The notes beneath the pieces are model-generated. The model saw only the letters and a program-made list of their open reading frames with translations, was not told where the DNA came from and ran no database searches. Positions 20,249 through 30,119 of a DNA stretch of 64,000 nt are shown piece by piece. A program made the translations under genes and the position numbers. The stretch is taken from assembly GCA_963743635.1 (NCBI GenBank), contig CAVUQO010000003.1:512001-576000 (forward strand). The letters run 5' to 3'. The stretch is from Candidatus Babeliales bacterium. Lineage in GTDB: Bacteria; Babelota; Babeliae; Babelales; Vermiphilaceae. The first letter of the stretch is position 1; every line of letters begins with the position of its first letter.

Positions 20249-21019
20249 ATGATCATAGATTCCTCAGTCCAAACAATCATCATTCTCCGTGGCCAACAAC
20301 TCATTGAGCCCATCGATCTACGCACCCATGATGCGCAGGAGATACTCATCATCCTTGAACCCTCATCATCAGCAACGATCATCCATGGCAGCAATCCACA
20401 CGCTCGTGATATCACCATTACGCGCAACATCCACTGCATCGTGCATGAAAATGCATCATTAACCCTACAGTATGATGAATCATGGGATGATACTGTGCAT
20501 GCGATAACTGAAGTTTTTATTGAGCAAAAAGCATCAAGTAGTCTATACTATAAGCATTGCGTGACTGGTGGGGCGCGCGTGACGCAACGCCTTACGCTCA
20601 GAGCAGCAGGGAGTGATTCATACGCAGATATTCGCGGCAGATATGCACTCACTGGCAATGGATTAGCGGATATGACCACCCTCCAACATCATGATGCCCC
20701 GCACACCAAAAGTAATCTGCTTTTTAAAAGCATTGTGCGCGATACCGCGCAAATGATGCATAATGGTACCATTGTGATCACGAAAAATGGTGCGCATACC
20801 GAAAGTGCACAACACACGCATACATTGCTTTTAAGTAATGGTGCGCGGGCAATCTCAGTGCCTAACATTGAAGTGTTAACGCATGAAGTGCAGTGTGGGC
20901 ACGGCAGTGCAATCGGGCGGCTCGATGAAGAACAGGTCTGGTATCTGCAAGCGCGTGGATTATCGTATGCGCAGGCAGAAGAATGTTTAATCAATGGATT
21001 TTTTTACGACGTTTTATAG
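20249..21019 (+). CDS. sufD: Fe-S assembly protein SufD (short form)
   Basis: HDAPHTKSNLLFK, LLLSNGA, PNIEV..EVQCGHGSAIGRLDEEQVWYLQARG. Confidence 0.9.
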   Translation: MIIDSSVQTIIILRGQQLIEPIDLRTHDAQEILIILEPSSSATIIHGSNPHARDITITRNIHCIVHENASLTLQYDESWDDTVHAITEVFIEQKASSSLYYKHCVTGGARVTQRLTLRAAGSDSYADIRGRYALTGNGLADMTTLQHHDAPHTKSNLLFKSIVRDTAQMMHNGTIVITKNGAHTESAQHTHTLLLSNGARAISVPNIEVLTHEVQCGHGSAIGRLDEEQVWYLQARGLSYAQAEECLINGFFYDVL

Positions 21020-21030
21020 GGAACAAAATC

Positions 21031-21909
21031 ATGCAAAATAAGAAATACATACTACTACTCAGCTCACTCATCGCATGCACCGGCATGGCTATGGACAATT
21101 CAGAAAACTCATTGCCTAAATGGGTCACATATTATAACAAATTTAACGCTCAACGTAGGGTGTGCGACCAGATATACGATGCAGTGCAAAATCTTAAAAA
21201 TAGAGGCCAATTGACGCCCGAAATGTTGTTGCCAAAAATGCAGGATGCATTGACATCGGGAGGGAGTGAGGAATTTAGACGTCTATTCCGTGCGCTTAGG
21301 AGGGTAGAATTGGAGATACAACCATTCCTTCAAATGAGGATTGATGATGCAGGTGGGCGAATAGCAACGATAGAAAAGACTCAAGAGCAATCGAGGTTAT
21401 TGAGTGTATGGACAGAAATGCCTGCAGTTTCCATCTGGTCCAAAATTTCGCTTGACGCATATAAAGAATGCAAATCAATAGTTATAACGGGAGACTCGGC
21501 ATGGGCAAAACAGGAGACAGATCTTGGTTCTTCTTTGCGCAATAAAGAAATTGAATGCATGAAGTGGAATGAGAATGCTACGAAATTGTTTTTATACATT
21601 AAAAATGGATATTCGCCGCTTACAAGTGAGTATTCGCCGCATGCATTTGATGGTGCAACTCTCGCGCCTGTTGATGTACATGAAACTGAACGAGTAACTA
21701 TTGACAAAATAGGAGAAATCACCAAGGGAAGCTTGGTTCCGACTTTTCAGGGTTATTTGCATACGTATTTTGGTCCTAGCAAATATAATGTCGATAGATG
21801 GATTACCATAGACCAAAGGGCGAACTCAAAGGCCGCAGAAATAACCATCGAAGATTGTCCCTCCTTAGAGCACATTGCGCACCATTTATGCGCAGAAGCT
21901 CAAAATTAG
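21031..21909 (+). CDS. Hypothetical exported protein (paralog of 22052-23068)
   Basis: Signal peptide ...IACTGMA|MDN; shared motifs with the next gene. Confidence 0.75.
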   Translation: MQNKKYILLLSSLIACTGMAMDNSENSLPKWVTYYNKFNAQRRVCDQIYDAVQNLKNRGQLTPEMLLPKMQDALTSGGSEEFRRLFRALRRVELEIQPFLQMRIDDAGGRIATIEKTQEQSRLLSVWTEMPAVSIWSKISLDAYKECKSIVITGDSAWAKQETDLGSSLRNKEIECMKWNENATKLFLYIKNGYSPLTSEYSPHAFDGATLAPVDVHETERVTIDKIGEITKGSLVPTFQGYLHTYFGPSKYNVDRWITIDQRANSKAAEITIEDCPSLEHIAHHLCAEAQN

Positions 21910-22051
21910 AGCACATAATGTGTGCATAATGGCTCAAAAGCCGAGCTTCTTTATGAGCTCATGGTAAAATAATTTAAAAATTGCGAGCATTAAAAGACGT
22001 GCATCGACGATGTGAGCAAGTTCAGAAAGGAGAATAAAAGGAGAGGAAGGT

Positions 22052-23068
22052 ATGAGTGCTCAGAAATATAGAGTATTACTCAGCTTATTCATTGCATGCA
22101 CCAGCATGGGCATGTCAGAAGATCTCGTAATATGTCCCAGCATGGTACGCAACTGCATTGAAGAGTCGATTCAATGTGGCAGGTTAACGACGTATGATGA
22201 AATATATAATGCCTTAAACCGCTATTCTGCGCTTAAAGATGCAATCTGCGCATCGTATAAAAATGAACTTCATCAATCCTTAAATCCGCATGATGGCGCT
22301 CACATTGAATCAGTGACCATCGAAAAATCTGCAGAAGATACTGCCCAAACGTTATGTTTTGCGAGTGCTCAACAAGTTTCTATATGGAGCCAGGATAGTG
22401 AGCACGGAAAATGGGAAAAAGATTCTTTTTTCAAGATCAATGTACCATCGATACATTTAACGTATGCGCGACTTTTGAATGATTATCGTCTCATGGTTGG
22501 TGCGTATAATGAAAAAGGAAAATTCGCAAAATTATTATTTTTCAACAAAGATCAGAAGGCACAAAATCCCAAAGAGCCATGGCTGGGCGATCAAAAAATC
22601 ATAATTCCGGTCGTCGGTAAAATTATTGCTGCAGCCTTTTCCCCTCGTGGCCTGCGTTGTGCGATAAGTAGTCAGGATTCATGGAATGAAAGCGCCTATC
22701 ACATTCATTTTTTTCAAAAACAATATGCACTGTTACCGGATCCCAGCGAAGTATATCAGCACGAAGGTACATTTCCCCTCGATGAGCGCGTTGAGGATTT
22801 GGCATGGAAGGGAGAGGATAATTTGGTTATGCGGAAAGATGCCAATGAGTATCGGCACGTGCGCTGGCAGCATAACACTATATCTGAGCCATGTGACATC
22901 GTTTCACCGGATTTGAAAGCAGTTGTAGATCAAAAACCATTCCGATTGGGATGGCATTATTCAAAACAAGGTTCTTCTGTGGGGGTAGGGTATATAGCGC
23001 CCACGGTCGAAACGATTGCAGATTACTTGTATCACACGTATTTGGCATTCAAAGACTGTGATGAATAA
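22052..23068 (+). CDS. Hypothetical exported protein with beta-propeller-like (WD40-like) segments
   Basis: Signal peptide ...IACTSMG|MSED; IIAAAFSPRG and VEDLAW resemble propeller strands. Confidence 0.7.
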   Translation: MSAQKYRVLLSLFIACTSMGMSEDLVICPSMVRNCIEESIQCGRLTTYDEIYNALNRYSALKDAICASYKNELHQSLNPHDGAHIESVTIEKSAEDTAQTLCFASAQQVSIWSQDSEHGKWEKDSFFKINVPSIHLTYARLLNDYRLMVGAYNEKGKFAKLLFFNKDQKAQNPKEPWLGDQKIIIPVVGKIIAAAFSPRGLRCAISSQDSWNESAYHIHFFQKQYALLPDPSEVYQHEGTFPLDERVEDLAWKGEDNLVMRKDANEYRHVRWQHNTISEPCDIVSPDLKAVVDQKPFRLGWHYSKQGSSVGVGYIAPTVETIADYLYHTYLAFKDCDE

Positions 23069-23107
23069 GGCCTCCTCATAGGCCCTTTTTTATGCTATAC
23101 TAGGGAC

Positions 23108-24370
23108 ATGAAGACTATAAAAAACGATTTTCCTATCTTTCATAATCGATCCAAAAAAGATCGTCTGGTCTACCTGGATAACGCTGCCACTACCCATAAG
23201 CCGTATGCCGTGCTCAATGCTGAGCGGGATTTTTACGAAAACGGGTATGCAAGCGTTAAACGAGGCATCTATAAGAGTGGCGAACGGGCAACCGAAGCCT
23301 TTGAGGCTGCGCGTAACCGTGTGGCATCCTTTATAGGGGCTGAATATCCATCTGAGGTGGTCTTTACCTCGGGGGCTACTGAGAGCATTAACCTGATAGC
23401 AAAAGCGTGGGGTGAGCTGAATATAGGGCCTGGCGATGAGATTGTAATCAGTGAGCTCGAGCATCATGCGAATCTCTTGCCTTGGCAACGGCTGGCTGCC
23501 GATCGGGGAGCCTTCTTGCGCTACATACCGGTCAGCTTTGATGGCACACTTAGTTTAGCTGCAATCGACGATATCATTTCACCACGCACCAAATTGGTAG
23601 CAATTACTGCCACATCAAATGTCGTTGGTACGCAAACCGATATCATGCGCATTATGCAACGAGCGCGCGAAGTAGGCGCTAAAGTGCTTATCGATGCTGC
23701 GCAAGCAGTACCACATCAAAAAATTAACGTGCAAGAATTGGATTGTGATTTTCTCGTGTTTTCAGGACACAAAATGTTTGGGCCGACTGGTATCGGTATT
23801 GCCTATATCAACAAAAAAATTCACCATCAACTCCAACCCTATCGTTTGGGTGGCGGAATGGTGCACAGCGTGCATATGTATGATGCTGAATGGCTTTCGA
23901 TGCCTCATATGCTTGAAGCAGGCACTCCGCCTATCGCGCAAGCAATTGGGCTTGTTGCCGCAATCGATTATCTTGAACATACCATTGGCTATGCAGCATT
24001 AGCACGTCATGAACGCGCCTTAATGCATATGCTCATTGATGAATTAGAAACCATTACTGGAATTACAATTTTAGGTCCGGTGGACGAATTGCGCGAATCT
24101 GCGCATTTATTAAGTTTTATTGTAGATGGCATTCATGCGCATGACGTTGCGGCATATTTAGATTGCCATGGCATTGCAGTGCGCGCTGGCCATCATTGTG
24201 CACAACCATTGGCACAAAAATTGGGCATTACCGCATCAGTCCGCGTGAGTCTGTATGCGTATAACACCCATGATGATATTCAGGCATTGCTGAATGCATT
24301 AAAGCAGTTGGTTATGACATTTCCAAAGAGCTTCACGCTTTCCTGTGATGATAACAGTCCATATGCGTAA
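23108..24370 (+). CDS. sufS: Cysteine desulfurase SufS
   Basis: YLDNAATT, EHHAN, DAAQ, FSGHK (PLP Lys), EAGTP, RAGHHCAQP. Confidence 0.96.
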   Translation: MKTIKNDFPIFHNRSKKDRLVYLDNAATTHKPYAVLNAERDFYENGYASVKRGIYKSGERATEAFEAARNRVASFIGAEYPSEVVFTSGATESINLIAKAWGELNIGPGDEIVISELEHHANLLPWQRLAADRGAFLRYIPVSFDGTLSLAAIDDIISPRTKLVAITATSNVVGTQTDIMRIMQRAREVGAKVLIDAAQAVPHQKINVQELDCDFLVFSGHKMFGPTGIGIAYINKKIHHQLQPYRLGGGMVHSVHMYDAEWLSMPHMLEAGTPPIAQAIGLVAAIDYLEHTIGYAALARHERALMHMLIDELETITGITILGPVDELRESAHLLSFIVDGIHAHDVAAYLDCHGIAVRAGHHCAQPLAQKLGITASVRVSLYAYNTHDDIQALLNALKQLVMTFPKSFTLSCDDNSPYA

Positions 24371-24372
24371 AT

Positions 24373-24404
24373 AAAAAGGCGCCCTTTTTGGGAGCGCCTT
24401 TTTT
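24373..24404. terminator. Bidirectional terminator
   Basis: AAAAAGGCGC...GCGCCTTTTTT between convergent genes. Confidence 0.75.
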
Positions 24405-24433
24405 GCTTTATACAATCTTATTTCTTAATTGTT

Positions 24434-25618
24434 TTAGTTTAATGTTTGCAGGTGCTGAGTAAGCTTTTCAAGTTTCGCATCAACAGTGCTCAATTGCTTA
24501 TCAACGTTGTTAATTTCAGATTTAGCAAGACCAATATTGTTGCGGCAGGTTACGAGTTCAACGATGCGTGATGGATCAACCTGCAAAGATTTCAAGTTGT
24601 TTTCGCCGCCACTGATATATGCGTCGAATGCTTCTTTTCTAAATGGATCACCGATTATGTATTCTATCTGGCGTACACACATTAGATCTTTTTCATTAGT
24701 TGTGGCTGTGCGTTTTGCAGCAAGACGTTTTAGGCATTCCGCATGCGATAGCATTACGCCGTCTTCATTATTAGAATCAAGATATGCATAGATTTGTTGA
24801 GGATCTTTAATATCACATTTTTTCAAATTTTCCGTAATCGTTTGATCTATAAAACGTCGCTCAAAATTTTCTGCTGCACGTTCCATATAGCAGGTGTACG
24901 TTGTGCTAATAGCTTCAAGCGTTTTAATCGGATCAAGACCATCAAGGTTAGCATTGATAATTTTTCGTAAATTTTCAGGTAATGATTGTTGAGCCTCTTC
25001 AAGTGCTTTAGATGCATCCATAATACGCGCTACGCGAATCTTATTAAGTGTTGAGCGTTTATCATTGAGGGCCTTAAGGAGCTCATTGATAGTGTCTTTA
25101 TCATGATAGAGATCTTGCCATGCATCGTTATCTTGTTCGGGATTATCTTGCCCTGAAATTTCTTTGATAGAGCCATGAATTTTTTTGGTTAAGAACTCAA
25201 GGATTGCAGGGTCTGTGGTAATTTCTTCCCAAGTCTGCAAGTCATGAGCATTATTATTATTGTTGTTTTGAGCTTGATTATCTGATTGCGTAAAAGCTTT
25301 TTCTAGATCAGCTCGGAGCCGATTTGAAAGAGCGGCGATACGTGTAGCGATTGTAGCAGATATGTCTGAAGCAATAGCAATAGCATTGTTAGCAGTAGTT
25401 GCTGCAAGCGCGATCCCCATTGAAATAGTGGGCGCTGTTTGGATTATTTGATGTGTAGTACGCGTTACAATTCCTGACGAGAGAGATGCTTCAGGGGCTA
25501 TACTAGCCGAGAGACTACCGGTATCGAATTTTTTCTTAATAAGTTGGCTGTTGTCTTGCATGGCATTAAGAGCACATGCATAAAGCACGGTTAACATGCA
25601 CAATAATAATTTTTTCAT
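24434..25618 (-). CDS. Hypothetical exported helical/coiled-coil protein
   Basis: Signal peptide ...ALNA|MQD; Ala-rich hydrophobic stretch, poly-N, C-terminal heptads; GGAGG RBS. Confidence 0.8.
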   Translation of the reverse strand: MKKLLLCMLTVLYACALNAMQDNSQLIKKKFDTGSLSASIAPEASLSSGIVTRTTHQIIQTAPTISMGIALAATTANNAIAIASDISATIATRIAALSNRLRADLEKAFTQSDNQAQNNNNNNAHDLQTWEEITTDPAILEFLTKKIHGSIKEISGQDNPEQDNDAWQDLYHDKDTINELLKALNDKRSTLNKIRVARIMDASKALEEAQQSLPENLRKIINANLDGLDPIKTLEAISTTYTCYMERAAENFERRFIDQTITENLKKCDIKDPQQIYAYLDSNNEDGVMLSHAECLKRLAAKRTATTNEKDLMCVRQIEYIIGDPFRKEAFDAYISGGENNLKSLQVDPSRIVELVTCRNNIGLAKSEINNVDKQLSTVDAKLEKLTQHLQTLN

Positions 25619-25782
25619 AGTAATAACCTCCTTGGGGTGAATCAGATTGGACAGTGCAATCTTGATTATATTACTATATTAACATATTTGATATTATTCG
25701 CAACCGGGTTAATTTCTACCTGTAATGGAAGGGTTTGCGGGTATGGGCGCTGATTTTGGGATTTGAGGGGTATAAATAGATA

Positions 25783-25816
25783 AGGCGTCCTCTGGAGATA
25801 TTGCCAGAGAACGCCT
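25783..25816. terminator. Terminator-like hairpin
   Basis: AGGCGTCCTCTGG...CCAGAGAACGCCT downstream of 25842-26192. Confidence 0.55.
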
Positions 25817-25841
25817 ATTTTTTTAGCTGAATAAGGTACGT

Positions 25842-26192
25842 TTACTTAGTAGTAGCTGTGCCTAAGCTTTGAATGCCGATAGTAACGCCAGCCCAGAATG
25901 TTACTCCGCCTAATGCAGCGAGAGATAGCCATTTTGCAATGTGTTTAGTGTTATCAGCTTTAATTGCAGTATTTTCTTCTTTTGGGGTCTCGCAGAAGAG
26001 ATTTTTACATCCAAGGGTATACAAATATGCGCCCCCAAGTGCAAGTCCAGTTCCGCTCGCTGCATATACGAGTGATTTTGAAATTTCTTTTGCAAGTAAC
26101 GCTATTGCCTCATCATCAACATTAAATATCGCTGCTTGAGAAACAGGGGTATATAATGCGAATGCAATTATAAAAATACGCAATGATTTCAT
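25842..26192 (-). CDS. Small membrane protein (signal peptide plus two Gly-rich TM segments)
   Basis: ORF with AAGGAG RBS and hydrophobic helices. Confidence 0.7.
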   Translation of the reverse strand: MKSLRIFIIAFALYTPVSQAAIFNVDDEAIALLAKEISKSLVYAASGTGLALGGAYLYTLGCKNLFCETPKEENTAIKADNTKHIAKWLSLAALGGVTFWAGVTIGIQSLGTATTK

Positions 26193-26334
26193 GTGGTCTC
26201 CTTGGTTACCTATAGTTTAAAGAGTATGTTTGAAATTCAGGGTAAGATTGTTTTTCCGTACAGTAGTATAACAAATAAAAATTCTAAAGCTACAGTTACA
26301 GGTTAAAATTAGCCAAGGCATTCGCTATGCAGAC

Positions 26335-26982
26335 TCACTCAATTTGTTTTTCTAAGTGCCTAATGATTACAAAAATAATGAGGCTCAAAATGGCAGCAAA
26401 GAAGCACCAGACGGAAAGCAAGCATACTCGATAGAATATATAGCTTATTGCGTATGAAGCTATGATGGTACCACCGAGAATATTCATGCCCCATAAAGAG
26501 CTGACAAAGAAGGGCAGTACTGCAGGAATCAAATAGAGCACCCCAAGGAAAGAATAAATTTCGCCGGGTATGGTTAGCGCATAGTAGATGTGATGACCTT
26601 CGATAGAAGGAGTTGCGCCATAGGTATAGAGGCACATGACCATAACAATAGAAAAAAAGCAGCCGAAGGTGAGCAGATTGACTAGGATCTTTTTCTGCAA
26701 GATGTGGGGTTCAAGAAGCGCAAGGCTTAACGGAATCCAAAGGGGCCACCAGATCAATGCGCAAAAGAGGAAGAAATAAGAGGCATACCATTGAATGCTT
26801 TCCCAGGCGGGATAGGTGAGAGATAGCCATACAAAGCCCTCAGATGCTTGCTGCAGAGCAAACATTAATGGTGAGCAGGCAAGTAGTAACATGGTGCGAT
26901 GTTTGGCTTCTTTGAAGCTAAGTAAACTTAAGACTGCGAGGATAGCGCTGGCGGCAAAGCTGGCGGTAGCTGAAAAACACAT
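26335..26982 (-). CDS. DUF6629-like multi-pass membrane protein
   Basis: N-terminal MCFSATASF, QQASEG.VW, SVWCFFAA motifs. Confidence 0.75.
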   Translation of the reverse strand: MCFSATASFAASAILAVLSLLSFKEAKHRTMLLLACSPLMFALQQASEGFVWLSLTYPAWESIQWYASYFFLFCALIWWPLWIPLSLALLEPHILQKKILVNLLTFGCFFSIVMVMCLYTYGATPSIEGHHIYYALTIPGEIYSFLGVLYLIPAVLPFFVSSLWGMNILGGTIIASYAISYIFYRVCLLSVWCFFAAILSLIIFVIIRHLEKQIE

Positions 26983-27174
26983 AATGGGGCTCCTTAAAGT
27001 GGGGGTGATTTGGGGACTTTTCTCTCGTGATGCATTTAAAGCAGTATCATAATTTTCTCTCTCAGGACAAGATTTTCATAATTATTGCGCATTCGATCTA
27101 AGAAAACTAAAAACTTCTCCGCGCCCCAATTTACTATTTCAGATAGATAATATATTACTTAAAAGCCCTTTGTA

Positions 27175-27202
27175 TTGAATAAAAAGGGCTTCGTGGTATA
27201 AT
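27175..27202 (+). promoter_or_regulatory. sigma70 promoter
   Basis: TTGAAT-16 nt-TATAAT with TG extension; same layout recurs at 28125. Confidence 0.65.
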
Positions 27203-27254
27203 TGTGTATAAGAAAAATTTATACTGTTTTTACTCAGGAAATGGAGTCTCTACT

Positions 27255-27983
27255 GTGAATCTCAAGCAATTATTATATGCAGCAATAACTGGTTTTTGTA
27301 TCGCTATGCCGTCCGCTATTCATGCCAATGAAGGTATGATGGAAGATATTCTTGCGATGCGTGATGGTGATACGGTTTTAACCTATGGTCAATTTAAAAG
27401 AACCGTTCAAGCGGCTGCTCTCGTGGGTATTTGTGGCTATGCAGCATTTCGTTATCATAAGAGTATTAAGCAAAGCCTTGTTCGTTTAGAAAATGGTCTG
27501 GCGCGCGTAGAGCATACACAGGGTAAACATACTAGTATGCTTGCTGATCTTCGAACTTATTTGCAACGGGTAGTGAACACTCAAGGTGCGCATACACAAC
27601 AGCTCAGTGCTATTCAGAAGGGCCAAAACACCTTGCTCGAGCGTTTAGAATCACATGCTAATCTTACTAAAGAACAGCTTGAGCAGATTTTTTCGCACAA
27701 TAAAACAGTAGAAAAGACACTTACGGGCATACACCAGGAAATGGGTACTATAAACCAAACCGTTGGTCGCCTTGGTACCGAATTAAATGGCATGCGCCAA
27801 GAAATGGGTAAACAAATCAGCGAAATCAGCACAGTAGGCGCCGAAAATACAAAAACGTTAAACGAGATCTTAAAGGAAGTAATGGCTCATCGCACTGAGG
27901 CCCAACAGGGGACCAATGCGTTGGGGCAAGGACTTAATGCCGTGTATAGTGCCGTACAAAAAAGATTGCAAAACGGTATCTAA
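27255..27983 (+). CDS. Exported/membrane-anchored coiled-coil protein
   Basis: GTG after GGAG; signal peptide, TM-like helix, long heptad region. Confidence 0.75.
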   Translation: MNLKQLLYAAITGFCIAMPSAIHANEGMMEDILAMRDGDTVLTYGQFKRTVQAAALVGICGYAAFRYHKSIKQSLVRLENGLARVEHTQGKHTSMLADLRTYLQRVVNTQGAHTQQLSAIQKGQNTLLERLESHANLTKEQLEQIFSHNKTVEKTLTGIHQEMGTINQTVGRLGTELNGMRQEMGKQISEISTVGAENTKTLNEILKEVMAHRTEAQQGTNALGQGLNAVYSAVQKRLQNGI

Positions 27984-28024
27984 TAATCATTAGCCCAGGT
28001 TAACTCCGGTACAAAAAATATAAG

Positions 28025-28062
28025 AACAGCCGCTGGCGCCTAAAAGCTCCGGCGGCTGTTTT
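28025..28062 (+). terminator. Intrinsic terminator
   Basis: AACAGCCGCTGG...CCGGCGGCTGTTTT. Confidence 0.7.
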
Positions 28063-28124
28063 AATGTAAAAAAACTATATTGAAAATTTCCAGGTAGAGA
28101 CTTGCAGGTTCGAAGTGTGGGCGG

Positions 28125-28152
28125 TTGAATATAAGCCTAATTCATGTATAAT
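28125..28152 (+). promoter_or_regulatory. sigma70 promoter
   Basis: TTGAAT-16 nt-TATAAT. Confidence 0.65.
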
Positions 28153-28198
28153 TGTCTATAAGAAAATATTTAATGAATTATTAACCCAAAGGGACGGT

Positions 28199-28912
28199 AT
28201 GAATAAAAAATCAGGAATCTTGGCTATTATGCTTTCGCTTTCAATAGTTGGCTCAGCTCGTGCGGGTCTGGATAACTGGCTATTGGGCTCGATTGTGGTG
28301 ACCAACGTAGGACCATATGTGGGCGCGGCTGTTAATATGGCCACCAATATGGGCAACTTGTATCTGAACTATCGTAACGGTCAGAGAATTGAAACAGTTG
28401 GGCAAGAAATTAAGGCTGTCGGAACCAAAGTTGATGCAGTTGGTGCGAATGTAGTGAAGGTTGGCAACAAAGTTGATCGCACAAATACGCTCATGGGCGC
28501 GCTTCATCAAGAGACGAGAATAGGATTTGGAAATGTTAATGCGCAACTTGCAGAAAACAGTAACCAGATTCAGATCGTACACCGAAACATTGCGAATCTA
28601 GCAAGAGAACAACAAGCCAACATGGAAACTTTGACTGGGCAGTATGAAACAATCAGTGGCAGGCTTAGTCTTGTAGAAGCAGGTGTGCTTGGCGTGCATG
28701 ACCGTTTGGATGCGAATGCAAGAGATATGCAGGCATTGACGCGGAATGCAGCAGAAACACAATCAACTCTTAGAACGTTAAATGCAAGTGTTACTGAGTT
28801 CAAGGAATTTGTTCCAGCAGTGATGCGACAAATGGCCGCTCTTGAGGCATTAATGCAGACCATAGCTGCAAGACTCCCCGATAATACCGCGAAAAAAGAA
28901 TCGAATAACTAA
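28199..28912 (+). CDS. Exported coiled-coil protein
   Basis: Signal peptide ...SARA|G; V-G-x-K-V-D heptad repeats. Confidence 0.75.
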   Translation: MNKKSGILAIMLSLSIVGSARAGLDNWLLGSIVVTNVGPYVGAAVNMATNMGNLYLNYRNGQRIETVGQEIKAVGTKVDAVGANVVKVGNKVDRTNTLMGALHQETRIGFGNVNAQLAENSNQIQIVHRNIANLAREQQANMETLTGQYETISGRLSLVEAGVLGVHDRLDANARDMQALTRNAAETQSTLRTLNASVTEFKEFVPAVMRQMAALEALMQTIAARLPDNTAKKESNN

Positions 28913-28936
28913 TTATTGAGCCTTAAAGGCTTATAG

Positions 28937-28978
28937 AAAAGACCGCTGGTGGGTACAAACTCTGGCGGTCTTTTTTTT
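28937..28978 (+). terminator. Intrinsic terminator
   Basis: AAAAGACCGCTGG...CTGGCGGTC followed by T8. Confidence 0.75.
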
Positions 28979-29119
28979 GCCTGGTTGGTGCCTGATAGAT
29001 AAGAACTCCGCGTGGTTTGTGCTTGCGTACGGACGTGCTAGTATGGGTAGTAACTATTGAATGGTTGCAGTTGGTTGCTCCAGATAGTTCAGGCCAAAGT
29101 AATTCAGATAGGAGCGCCC

Positions 29120-30025
29120 ATGAAGCAATATATCAAGCATGCGTTATGGTTATGTGTATGTATGGGATTTCTGCAGCAACCACTACATGCAGGTCCTATG
29201 ATGGATTTTTGCAGAAAGTTTGTTTCAAAAACAGCAGCTCTTGGATATTGGGGTCTTTTGAGTTACCCGGCGATAAGCGCGGCGCACGAGATGGAGCAAA
29301 TAACGCAATTTCAGGAATACATCACTGCAGTAGATGAATACAATCAGCCTTGTTCTGCTGATTTTAAAAAGAGTTATCCTCACAACTATAGAGATGTTCA
29401 GAATATTTTGCTTCGTGAAGGATTGGATTCTTTGGATGATTATACGGTTAAAGTATTAACGCCGGAGGAGTGCGATGGAATGGGGCTCACTGAGTATAAT
29501 ATGTTCAGCGTGGGAAATAAGATTATTCTGTTACCATCATTGGCTCTATCAAATATGGATGAAGAATTATTGACGGCATGTTTAAGCCACGAAATGAAGC
29601 ATGATAAAGATCATTATGCGGAAAAAACATTGGCTGTGATCGCTGCAACACCCTTTACGATTCATGTTCTTGCAAAAAATATATATCGCAAGATAGTGCC
29701 GACCATTCAACCGGTTCAGCATCCGACGATAATTCGTTCTCTGTGGCGGATACCGCGCGCGGGTGCAATCTTGGGTTTGGCGTATTTGGTAGAATTGTGG
29801 CATTCAAGAATGAAGGAACGTGATGCAGATGCAAGTATCAGGAATAGTCCAAAACTTGCGCGTAAAGTGGCCGATTTGTGTAAAGAATATTCTGTGTCGG
29901 AGAGCTCTTCATCAGCGTTGGAAAAATATCTCAATGAAATCTTATCTACTCATCCGCCGCTTTTAAAACGAGCTGCATATCTTGAACAGTGGGCAGCTGA
30001 GGCCGAGGCGAGGAAAAAGGAATAG
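29120..30025 (+). CDS. M48-family zinc metalloprotease
   Basis: LSHEMKH (HExxH), ERDAD, STHPP...R; signal peptide; GGAG RBS. Confidence 0.82.
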   Translation: MKQYIKHALWLCVCMGFLQQPLHAGPMMDFCRKFVSKTAALGYWGLLSYPAISAAHEMEQITQFQEYITAVDEYNQPCSADFKKSYPHNYRDVQNILLREGLDSLDDYTVKVLTPEECDGMGLTEYNMFSVGNKIILLPSLALSNMDEELLTACLSHEMKHDKDHYAEKTLAVIAATPFTIHVLAKNIYRKIVPTIQPVQHPTIIRSLWRIPRAGAILGLAYLVELWHSRMKERDADASIRNSPKLARKVADLCKEYSVSESSSSALEKYLNEILSTHPPLLKRAAYLEQWAAEAEARKKE

Positions 30026-30119
30026 AATAGGCCACTATTCAAGCAAAAAAGTTGTTTTTATGACTTTTTGTCATGGAGACGGTATACTGGATTTTCGTAT
30101 TATCGTATAACGACCGTAT

